Source: Sedimentisphaera cyanobacteriorum
Lineage (GTDB): Bacteria; Planctomycetota; Phycisphaerae; Sedimentisphaerales; Sedimentisphaeraceae
Direction: 5' to 3'
Assembly: GCF_001997385.1 (NCBI RefSeq)
Contig: NZ_CP019633.1
Span: 1,860,001-1,892,000, forward strand
DNA: 32,000 nucleotides
Of the stretch, positions 23,327 to 31,900 are shown one piece after another; position 1 is the first letter of the stretch; each line of letters starts with the position of its first letter. Position numbers and translations under genes: made by a program. The notes under the pieces were generated by a model. It saw only the letters and a program-made list of their open reading frames with translations, searched no databases and had not been told where the DNA came from.

Positions 23327-24793
23327 TTATCTCTGCTTGGCGATTCTTTCCACCTGCTCGAGGTATTTCTGCACATTTTCCTGCGGCTGAAGCGTTTGAG
23401 CTCTTTTCAGCAGAGGCAGTGCTTTTTTATACTGCCCGTTTCGCACCAGCAGCTGACCATGGCGGAGTTTGGCGTCGGCTTCAAAGCCTTCAATTTTTGC
23501 TGCACGTTCGAAGTAGAATATTGCCTGCTCATCATTGCCATTTCTTGCTGAATTTTGGCCGAGCAGGATAAGGGCTTCTCCATCGAGCGGGTCCAGCTCG
23601 ACAATCTTCTTAAGCACCTCTACCTCCTGTTTGCCTTCGCCTTCAGCAACTGCTATCCTGGCCTGAATCTTCAGGAGTTCTTTTTTCGTTTTATCTTTCA
23701 TTTTATCTGCATACAGCTTTTGGATCTCTTTAATGAGCTGCTTAGTTTCGTCCATTGCAGCCCTTGCCGAAAGCACTTTAGCAGAGTAGATTGCCCTTTC
23801 GAGATTTTCGTCGGGATTCTTCTTCATAGCCCTCGCATAGCTTTTTGCGGCCATATCATAGAGCTTTTCATTTACATATATATCGCCAAGCATATTGAGC
23901 GTATCGGCAGTGGATTCGCCGAGATGATCAACAAATTCGAACACCTCTGCCGCCTCCAGAGGCTTGTTCTGGCCGATATAGGCATTTGCCTGAAGCAGCC
24001 AGAGGTCTGGGCGGCCGGGATTATTCTCTATAAGTTTTCCGCAAAGAGCAGCAGCAGCTCCGAATCGTTCCTGCCTGAAGAAGCTCCTTGCCAGCCCCAT
24101 TTTCCAGTCGAGGGTTTCGGGGTCCAGGAGTATTGCCATTCTGTATGCCGATTCAGCGGAAACGCTTTTTCCCATCGATGAATAGCAGAAACCGAGCAGT
24201 CCGAATGAGATCGAATCTTTCCCGCCCAGCTCCAGATATTTTGTGAATGCCTCAGCGGCCTTTTTGTGATTTTTCATCCTGAAGTGAATGAGAGCAAGAT
24301 TCTTCCAGGCCCTGCGGAAACGCGGGAATTTTTCGACGGCGTTTTTATACGGCTTAATGGCCTTTTCGAGCTCTTCATTCTGGAAATGAATATTTGCAAG
24401 CGTAAAATCAAAAACGGCGCTCGATGCCTCGGTGATTTCATCTTTGAGCATTTCTGCGGCCTTATTCATTTTGTCATCGGAGATTAGATCCATAATCTCC
24501 ATGATCACCTCACGTTCAGACTTTGTAACCCTTGGTTCAACCTCAGATTCGGCCATATAGCTCTCAGCAAACCTCTCTTTGAACTCCGGGTCGTTCCAGA
24601 TTTTCAGATCCAGCTCTGTCATGGCAGACTTTTCAGGTTTGAGCTTAATCTTATTACTTTCACTGCCTTGGGAGGGAGTTATTAACAAGCATACGAACGC
24701 CAGGAGCAGAGCCGGGGCGAATGCTTTGCGGATAAGGCCTTTCGGCTCTGAATATTTTGAGTTTATCAGCATTTCAATCTTCATATTTTTCAA
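23327..24793 (-). CDS. TPR-repeat protein with N-terminal signal/anchor (TtpD-like terminal gene of a TonB2-type cluster)
   Basis: There are multiple TPR-like units (e.g. AIKPYKNAVEKFPRFRRAWKNLALIHFRMKNHKKAAEAFTKYLELGG, AESAYRMAILLDPETLDW, AIFYFERAAKIEG...). The N-terminal hydrophobic segment is APALLLAFVCLLITPSQG. Its ATG (24793) directly abuts the tonB stop (24794). Confidence 0.8.
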   Translation of the reverse strand: MKNMKIEMLINSKYSEPKGLIRKAFAPALLLAFVCLLITPSQGSESNKIKLKPEKSAMTELDLKIWNDPEFKERFAESYMAESEVEPRVTKSEREVIMEIMDLISDDKMNKAAEMLKDEITEASSAVFDFTLANIHFQNEELEKAIKPYKNAVEKFPRFRRAWKNLALIHFRMKNHKKAAEAFTKYLELGGKDSISFGLLGFCYSSMGKSVSAESAYRMAILLDPETLDWKMGLARSFFRQERFGAAAALCGKLIENNPGRPDLWLLQANAYIGQNKPLEAAEVFEFVDHLGESTADTLNMLGDIYVNEKLYDMAAKSYARAMKKNPDENLERAIYSAKVLSARAAMDETKQLIKEIQKLYADKMKDKTKKELLKIQARIAVAEGEGKQEVEVLKKIVELDPLDGEALILLGQNSARNGNDEQAIFYFERAAKIEGFEADAKLRHGQLLVRNGQYKKALPLLKRAQTLQPQENVQKYLEQVERIAKQR

Positions 24794-25459
24794 TCATCCT
24801 TTCGGAAATGTTATTGGTACACGCATACGGAAACGTACCGGGCTGCCGTTTCTTTTGCCCGGTTCAAATTTCCACTTCTTTACAGCTTCCATGGCAGGCT
24901 TTTCAAATATCGGATCGGTAGATTTCTGCACCTTCGGCTTCTGAACCCTGCCGTTTTTATCAACTATGAATATTATGTACACCTTGCCCGGAGCTCTTTT
25001 TCTCAGCTCCCTGTTCATTCTCGGGCTCGGCCTGTATATAGGTCTCGGTTTCTGGTCGAGGTCTGATATAGAGAAAAGAGCATCAACATCTTCCCCGCCT
25101 GCGGAGGCTGTATTCAGCTTCACTGAGAAATCCCCTGCCATAATCCCGCCGCTGAAGCCGGGATTCAATGCAAGCTCGAGCTGGTCGAGAGCTAAAGGCT
25201 GGCTCTGTTCGTTCAGCTCTGGGGGCTGTTCATCTTTTTCGGGCTCTTCGGGCGGTTCTTCCTCGGGTGGAGGAGGCGGAGGAGGCACGTTCGCCACGCC
25301 CACATCCTGAATCACCATATCTGTTTTCGGCGGCTTGCTTATCGTTTGCAGTATCGGCAGAAGCAGGAAGAAAAACAGCGTAATGGCCGATGCGCTAAGC
25401 AGCACAAAGACAAACCTGAAGAAGGCTTTTAGAGGAGAATTTTTTTTCTTCTTGGTCAT
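24794..25459 (-). CDS. tonB: TonB-family energy transducer
   Basis: There is an N-terminal TM anchor (FRFVFVLLSASAITLFFFLLLPIL) and a Pro/Glu-rich spacer (PPPPPPPEEEPPEEPEKDEQPPE). The C-terminal TonB_C-like block is GKVYIIFIVDKNGRVQKPKVQKSTDPIFEKPAMEAVKKWKFEPGKRNGSPVRFRMRVPITF. Confidence 0.85.
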   Translation of the reverse strand: MTKKKKNSPLKAFFRFVFVLLSASAITLFFFLLLPILQTISKPPKTDMVIQDVGVANVPPPPPPPEEEPPEEPEKDEQPPELNEQSQPLALDQLELALNPGFSGGIMAGDFSVKLNTASAGGEDVDALFSISDLDQKPRPIYRPSPRMNRELRKRAPGKVYIIFIVDKNGRVQKPKVQKSTDPIFEKPAMEAVKKWKFEPGKRNGSPVRFRMRVPITFPKG

Positions 25460-25471
25460 AAGCTGGCCTTC

Positions 25472-25885
25472 TTACCCCTGGCTTTTCCTTGTTGCCACGC
25501 TCACCTTCTCCGCTCCGGCAAGCTTTGCCTCATCTATAATGCGAACCAGCATACCGGACTGAGAATTTGCATCGCTTTGTATGATCACAGGGATATCTTC
25601 CTTCTGCAGCATCCGCTTAACAAGAGGCTGAACTCCGCTGATGCCTATCTCACGTCCGCCGTAAACCACCTCGCCTTTATCGGTGAGGGCAATAAGTATG
25701 CTGTTTTTCTCAAGCTTCACTGATGAGGCGGCCTGAGGCTTATCAACCTCCACGCCGGTTTCCTCAACGAATGTAGTGGTAACGATGAAGAAAATCAGCA
25801 GGATGAATACGCAGTCCATAAGAGGAGAAATATCAATCCCCTGTTCACTGCCTTCATCTGAATTTACTTGACGAAAACGTCCCAT
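25472..25885 (-). CDS. exbD: ExbD/TolR-family biopolymer transport protein
   Basis: The protein is 137 aa. IDISPLMDCVFILLIFFIVTTTF is the canonical ExbD TM with a conserved Asp. A periplasmic domain block follows (ILIALTDKGEVVYGGREI...PVIIQSDANSQSGMLVRIIDEAKLAG). Confidence 0.9.
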   Translation of the reverse strand: MGRFRQVNSDEGSEQGIDISPLMDCVFILLIFFIVTTTFVEETGVEVDKPQAASSVKLEKNSILIALTDKGEVVYGGREIGISGVQPLVKRMLQKEDIPVIIQSDANSQSGMLVRIIDEAKLAGAEKVSVATRKSQG

Positions 25886-25939
25886 TTTATCCTCGCTATA
25901 CTGTCTTTTCTAAAACTAATATATAAAAGCTGAATCTAA

Positions 25940-26569
25940 TCAGTTCTTTAGGTTCTTCTTATGAAGCTTCTGGGTGCAAACAGTTTCCATATGTGCAAGG
26001 AAAGCCTTATAGCTCTCGAATTTGCGCGTAATGATATATGAAAACAAGAGCCCTGATAATGCGATAATCAGGCCTGTCTCTGTGGTTACAAGCGCCTCGG
26101 AAATTCCTTCAGCCACCATACCCATTGTTTTATCTCCACCTGAGCCCTTGGCAAGTGCATCGAAAGTGGAGAGCATACCGGTTACAGTTCCCAGAAGGCC
26201 GAGAAGCGGAGCGGCGCTTACGCAGATCTTTATCACCCTCAAATCTCGAACGAAAGGTTTCGTTTCTCTGGAATGGAGCTCTTCAAAATAGCTTCTCATT
26301 TCTTCAACCGTACTGGCCGATTCAACAAAATCAAGTATCTCGCCGATATGTCCCTGCCGTTTTTTGGGGTGATTGATCCAATGCCGCCAGGCCTTTTCTT
26401 TAACCTTTTTGAAGCCCTTGGCCGAAAGCTTAAGCTGCACGTTTACAGAAAGCGAAAACATAACGATTGCAATGAACGCAATAGCCACCATGCTCCAGCC
26501 GCCGCTGAGCCAAATAGAGACGGCTTGTTCGGACAAGGCAGTTATATGTTCTCTGAGAACTTCAGGCAT
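25940..26569 (-). CDS. exbB: MotA/TolQ/ExbB proton-channel protein (short ExbB)
   Basis: The protein is 209 aa. The signature is APLLGLLGTVTGMLSTFDALAKGSGGD...GISEALVTTETGLIIA. Its ATG overlaps the stop of the upstream gene by 1 nt (26569). Confidence 0.9.
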   Translation of the reverse strand: MPEVLREHITALSEQAVSIWLSGGWSMVAIAFIAIVMFSLSVNVQLKLSAKGFKKVKEKAWRHWINHPKKRQGHIGEILDFVESASTVEEMRSYFEELHSRETKPFVRDLRVIKICVSAAPLLGLLGTVTGMLSTFDALAKGSGGDKTMGMVAEGISEALVTTETGLIIALSGLLFSYIITRKFESYKAFLAHMETVCTQKLHKKNLKN

Positions 26570-28020
26570 TATTGCTCATTCCCCGCTGCCTGCAGAGCCT
26601 GCTTTTCAGAAACGCCGGCATATCTTGACCTGCTCACCTGATTCACCAGAGCTACTGCGTTTTTCTCCATATCATCTATAATTCCCTTGGCCTTCCTCGA
26701 TAGCAGAGCGTGAAGCAGAAGCGAGGGGATAGCCACAATCAAACCGAATTCAGTTGTAATCAGCGCCTCTGAGATACCGCCTGAGAGGGTTTTAACATCG
26801 CCCGAGCCGAAAACTGTAATCAGCTTGAAGGTGTTGATGATGCCGGTTACCGTACCGAGCAGACCGAGGAGCGGAGCAGAGGCGGCACATATCGAGATAA
26901 ATGGCAGGAATCTTTGCAGTTTGAGCCTGCTTGAGAGAACTGTTTCATACATCACCTCTTCAATTAGCTCTGCAGGTTCCTTTAGGTGCTCAACGGCTTC
27001 ATTAAACATCCTGCCGAAAGGCCCTTTGAACTGTGCGGCCTTCACTCGGGCAAGCTCTTTGTCCTGCTTGTAAACCGCATCGAGCAGCTCATCGAATTTC
27101 TTCCTGCTCGGCTTGCGTACGAGGCTGAGAAATACCCATTTCCATATCGCAACAAGAAGAGCCAGCCCGGCCATACCGAGAATCGGAACCATAACCGGCC
27201 CGCCCTTCTGGATATGCTCCCAGACTGTCTGCTTTGTCTCTTCGATTACGTGGGCATTCCCGAGAGTTGTATCCAGAGGCAGATAACCCTGCTTTGTTGT
27301 TATAACCTGCGAAGCGGCCTGAGCGTCTGCAGGATTGCCGAAAGATTTCACAGAAGGCTCGAGCGAGCCGAGCTGCTGGGTTACCGTGCCAACGACTTCG
27401 CCGTCGCCGGAGCGGAAAATAGCTGCCGGGCCTGTCATCACAAATGTTCCGGGCTTTACCAGCCCGCTCTGGCCAACAGCCTTGCCGTTGAAGTGAGAAC
27501 CGCCCATCAGCTCTTCAATTCTCTCAAGAGAAGTTTCGATCAGTGAAGCCTGAGCTTTGTAAACCTCTTTCTTGGTAAGATTGCTGTTTTCCGGTGCGAG
27601 CTTGGCAGATTCCAAGGTATCTTTGTATTTCTGCATCTCGGCTATGTGAAGCCTTGATTCGAAATTTCTCGCATACTCGCTGAGAAGATTGGAAAGATAT
27701 GCCGCTTCCTCTTTGCGGGATTTGATCTCAGAGCGGAGATTGTTCAAGTCCAGCGTACGGCTGTCGAGCATTCTGGTTGTCTGCTGATAGTCCCTTCTGG
27801 CCTGCATAAGCTCGGATTCCAGCTCGCTGACCTTTTTGCTCAAAGGCACTTTCTTCTCAGCTACTTCTTCCCTAAGCTGATTTAGCTCTTTGAGGCTCTC
27901 TTCAAGCTTCTTATCAACAGCCACTGCAGCCTTAGAGAATGATTTCTCAGTTTGCTGAGCAAACCCGGCACTGCAGGCTGCGAATACAGCTAAAACTATA
28001 ATTTTATTTATTAATTTCAT
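26569..28020 (-). CDS. Large MotA/TolQ/ExbB-family protein with a long N-terminal periplasmic coiled-coil domain (TtpC-like)
   Basis: There is a signal peptide (IIVLAVFAACSAGFAQQ) and ~170 aa of heptad-rich sequence (LEESLKELNQLREEVAEKK..., LNNLRSEIKSRKEEAAYL). The C-terminal ExbB channel signature is SAPLLGLLGTVTGIINTF...GGISEALITTEFGLIVAIP. At 483 aa it matches the size and architecture of TtpC in Vibrio TonB2 systems. Confidence 0.8.
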   Translation of the reverse strand: MKLINKIIVLAVFAACSAGFAQQTEKSFSKAAVAVDKKLEESLKELNQLREEVAEKKVPLSKKVSELESELMQARRDYQQTTRMLDSRTLDLNNLRSEIKSRKEEAAYLSNLLSEYARNFESRLHIAEMQKYKDTLESAKLAPENSNLTKKEVYKAQASLIETSLERIEELMGGSHFNGKAVGQSGLVKPGTFVMTGPAAIFRSGDGEVVGTVTQQLGSLEPSVKSFGNPADAQAASQVITTKQGYLPLDTTLGNAHVIEETKQTVWEHIQKGGPVMVPILGMAGLALLVAIWKWVFLSLVRKPSRKKFDELLDAVYKQDKELARVKAAQFKGPFGRMFNEAVEHLKEPAELIEEVMYETVLSSRLKLQRFLPFISICAASAPLLGLLGTVTGIINTFKLITVFGSGDVKTLSGGISEALITTEFGLIVAIPSLLLHALLSRKAKGIIDDMEKNAVALVNQVSRSRYAGVSEKQALQAAGNEQ

Positions 28021-28037
28021 TTCCGTTCATTCCAATA

Positions 28038-28850
28038 CTACTGAATTTCAATTGGCAGTTTGACAAACGAGGCAACCTTCTCATTTCTGAGAATTGCAGC
28101 GGCATTAAGGATATCCTGAGCGGCTTCGTTCTTCTCTCTCCAGTCCCATTCTCCCTCTGCCGGATAACCAACGCCGGCGACTGTGCCGTCGGAGCTTGCG
28201 TAGTAGGCATGGCTTATTCCCACATAAAGCGTTACAACTTCGAAGGAAGAGCCGTCTTTGAGCTCTCTTACCTCGCTGTGGGCTGAAATCTCACGGTTGA
28301 ATTTATCTACTTCGTTTAGTATTCCAACCACGTTCTGAAAACGCTGAGACATAGCAGTTTCTGTTTCTTCCGGGTTTTCAGGCAATCTCTGGCTGAGGGG
28401 CTTGATCTTGCTCTTCAGCGGCGCCGGCAAACGCTTTATCAAACGTTTAGATCTGTTTTCAAGCTTTATTATCATATCAGAGAGAGATGAGGAGGCTTCT
28501 TTGAGTTTTTCGTTTTCCTGCATCATCTCATTGCGTTTTTCATCAGCCTCGGCAATGCTTTGCTCAGCATCTTTTTCCTTCTGCTTGAGGCTTTCTATTT
28601 CGCTTTTTAAAAGCTCAATTCTTTCATTCAGCATTTCTCTGCTGAGTTTGAAATCACGCTTTTCCTGTGATATTAAACGCTTAGTTTCAACCCATTTCTC
28701 TATCTTGGTTTTTGCGTTCTCGATTTTTTCAGAGCTTGCATTTTCTTCGCCTGAGGCTGCTGAGAGAAGCAAAACAGCACCTCCGAGCAGAACCAGAAAG
28801 ACCGCTGCTCTTGAGAGCCTCACAGAAAAATTATTATTCGAACACTTCAT
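28038..28850 (-). CDS. DUF3450-like periplasmic coiled-coil protein (TtpB-like)
   Basis: There is a signal/anchor (AAVFLVLLGGAVLLLSAASG) and a long coiled coil (KIEKWVETKRLISQEKRDFKLSREMLNERIELLKSEIESLKQKEKDAE...). The C-terminal block is VVTLYVGISHAYYASSDGTVAGVGYP...WDW...ILRNEKVASFVKLPIEI. This is the typical first gene of TonB2-type clusters. Confidence 0.7.
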   Translation of the reverse strand: MKCSNNNFSVRLSRAAVFLVLLGGAVLLLSAASGEENASSEKIENAKTKIEKWVETKRLISQEKRDFKLSREMLNERIELLKSEIESLKQKEKDAEQSIAEADEKRNEMMQENEKLKEASSSLSDMIIKLENRSKRLIKRLPAPLKSKIKPLSQRLPENPEETETAMSQRFQNVVGILNEVDKFNREISAHSEVRELKDGSSFEVVTLYVGISHAYYASSDGTVAGVGYPAEGEWDWREKNEAAQDILNAAAILRNEKVASFVKLPIEIQ

Positions 28851-28967
28851 TTTTTATAAACCTTTGCCGTAATGATTTTAGTTTATTATTCGACAGATTG
28901 CCCGCAAACGCCTCTATAGCCGCTTCATCACAATAGTATGAGAAGTTTAACAGCGGATAATTAGCGG

Positions 28968-28982
28968 CAAATTAGTAATTTG
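28968..28982. promoter_or_regulatory. AT-rich palindrome CAAATTA-G-TAATTTG between the receptor gene and the TonB module (candidate operator)
   Basis: The arms are a perfect 7 bp with a 1-nt centre, so it is a DNA-level palindrome and not an RNA hairpin. It lies 13 nt downstream of the receptor stop and ~120 nt upstream of the 28850 start. The surrounding sequence contains GATAAT/GATTAT-like hexamers. Confidence 0.25.
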
Positions 28983-28994
28983 TTAGCTGATTAT

Positions 28995-31900
28995 TTAAAA
29001 ACGGGCGCTCAAACTTACTGAAAGATCAATCCCCTTTGTGTAAGAGGTTTTTGTAACATCGCCGTCGATGTAATCCGATCTGTAAACACTCTCAATCTCA
29101 GGGTCGAGAAGATTTTTCGCCTTTAAGTTCATACTCCAAGTATCGTTGAGTTTGTGCTTGAGGCTCATATTCAGCGTACCGTATTCTTTTTCATAAACGT
29201 TTGGCAGATAATTACCCACCGCCTGAGATGCACCTGCAACGAGAGTATCGCCTCTTACCGTGTAAAACAGTCCAAACTGCGTTTTAGATTCATTGAAGTC
29301 CCAAGTTAAGAACAGGTTGTACAAATATTCCGGTGCATTGGTCATATCGCGGGTTTTCATAGGTGCCTGAATATTTGGGGTATCAAGCTTTGCAGCTTCA
29401 TCGTCAGGCAGGGTTACCTCGGAATTTATGAAAGTTGCATTAGCCCCCACAGATACGCCTTCCATATCCTCAAAAAATTCCGCAAGTTCATGCCTGATCT
29501 CAAATTCAAATCCATCAATTTCGCCTTCCGGATAATTCACCGGATAAGTATATGTAAAATTGGCATAGCCCTGAACATACTCGATAGGGTCGGTGATATC
29601 CTTATGGAAATATGTAGCAGAAACTAATCCGCCTTCATAAGGCGTGTAATCGAAGCGAAGGTCATAGTTCTCAAGCGCACTCATCTGAAGGTCTTTATTA
29701 CCGATGAATATATCGCCGCCAAGATAGTCCTGATTTGTAATCGGGACAAGCTCCTTGAAGGTCTGTCTTGCAACAGTTTCTGAATATGAACCTCTCACCT
29801 TTATCTTCTCAAACGGTGCATACTCAAATCCGAAAGAAGGAAGCGTATCATCCTGCTCGAATTCCGCCCTTGCGAGTGAGTAAAATTCTGCGCCGTCTGT
29901 AGACTGGCTTATATCTCCTGTTTGAGGTATATAAACCTGTGCAGAAGGGCCGGCATCAGTTATGTGGCTGGAGAGCTCGGTGCTTTCAAACCTTGCCCCG
30001 CCTCTGAGCTTAAACTGCGAATTCAAAGGCACATCCGCCATATAGTAGAAGGCCGATATCTGCTGGTCTGCAATGAAATCTATATCAACGCCGGAAACCT
30101 TCAGCGGCTCATCAAAATAATCGCTCCAGTAGTCATCCCAGCTGAGACCCGGGTCGCTGTCAACGAAGGTGCTGTCGTTGGTGAAAGAATTCTGCTGGTA
30201 GTCCCTTGTAACATCATCATTGAATATTCCAAACTTGAAATATCCCTCGTCTTCAGTCCACTGCTCAAAGGGCAGCTTAATGTTTGCAGAATACTGATCG
30301 CTTTCTTCGATGATATCTTTCCATGTTCTCTGGAAGTTTCCCATATTCATATTTGCAGCAGGATTGAGCTGTTCGTACCTGCCCGGTTCGGTGTGTGCAG
30401 GCACTTCAGGCGAGGGACTCGGCCAAAACGTAGGGGGCTGATAGGGAACGTAATATGGAGCTGTCCACCTTGCTGAAAACATCCTCTTGTCCGGCTGATG
30501 CATAGCAGCGGTATTTCTTGAAAGAACCCAATCGAGCTCTACCGGCTTGAAACTGAACCAGTCGGTAAGCTCCCAGCTGAGATCTTCGAATTTATGATCG
30601 CCTGAAAACTGAATAGTCTCAGTAGTTCTCTCGGTATATTCGAGGGTCTGGTGTCTTTGGTAAGCAGCGTGGTCCTGATATTCCTTATCATTTGCTGGAT
30701 GGTGCTCGTCGTATGGATCGTAATTATCAAATTCGGGGCCGTAAGCATCCGGCCAAAACTGATGCAGTCCGGCTCGGCCGCGGGTATCTTCTGAGACAGT
30801 GGCTGAGTCCTCAGCAGTTTTAGTGTACATATAAAGTGCATTGAATTTATGGGTTCCGATCTCGAGGCCTAATGTTGCCAGCGTGCTCCACTGAACCTGC
30901 TGGGAGGCTTGCTTAACATCGAAAAGGGAAGTTTCAAAGCGTCCCGTGCCCGGGCCGCCTCCGCCTCCGCCTCGTTTGTCGTTGTATCTGGGAGTTACAC
31001 CTTCCCCGGGCTCTTCTACCCAGTACTTGTCATCAATCATATCATGTTTGTAGCTTGCGCTTCGTTTGTAGTTTGCGCTCAAGAAGCCGCCAATCTTCAC
31101 ATCCTCAGCGAAGGCGTGCTTGCCCCCGCCGGAGAGTGAAAAGCTGTATTCCTGCGGGGCATCCTCAGTGGCAGTTCCCACAGTATCATCCATCGAATCG
31201 ATGGAAGGCACAGAAATGCTTCGATTGCCCAAGCTGTCCAGTCCGCCGCCGTCGTAGCTGAGGAAATCATCTTCGTTAAATACGTTTGAGTTGTAGTCGT
31301 AGCCTATGCCAAACTTGAAAGATGTTTCTTCAGGGATGCCTTTGAGCACCACATTAACCGCCCCTCCAGAGGCATCTCCCTGCTGGTCGGGGGTGAATGT
31401 TTTGCTTACCTGTATGCTCTCAATCACAGCCGAGGGGAACTGGTCTAACTGAACTGCACGCTTATCGGCATCAGCCGTGGGAAGACGCACGCCGTTCATC
31501 TGGGAATTTACGTATCTGTCCGGCAGGCCGCGAACAACGGCATACTTGCCGTCCTGAACAGTTGTACCTGAAACAAGCTTCAGCGCGCTTGCTGCATCGC
31601 TAGCTCCTGCCTGGCTCATCAGCTCAGAGCTGACCGAATCCATAAGAGCAGGTGCTTCCATACGCAGATCAAGCAGGGCAAGCTCTGTACCTGCACCGAA
31701 GCTTAAATCCTGAACGACGAATTCTTCCATCTCGGTAAAATCGCCGCTAAGGGAAACATTAACCTCGCTCATTCTTCCCGGCGAAACAGCAACATCAGTT
31801 TTTACCTGACGTGTATATCCCTGCTTCGAGAATATAAGTGTGTATGTTCCCGGCTTGAGCTCGCTGAAAACATAGTTGCCTTCTTCCGCGGTTTTGGTTT

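Noticed and set aside
25230-25300. The GGAGG/GGCGG-rich tract on the plus strand (poly-Pro/Glu on the minus strand) as a simple-sequence repeat of special significance.
   Set aside because: It encodes the Pro/Glu-rich periplasmic spacer that is a normal feature of TonB proteins.
23327-28850. Zorya-like or other MotA/MotB-based anti-phage system, considered because of a MotA/ExbB-family protein with a long coiled coil.
   Set aside because: The coiled coil is N-terminal and periplasmic, not a ZorA-type C-terminal tail. The partners are ExbD, a bona fide TonB (Pro-rich spacer + TonB_C) and a TPR protein directly behind a TonB-dependent receptor. No helicase or nuclease (ZorC/D-like) genes are present.
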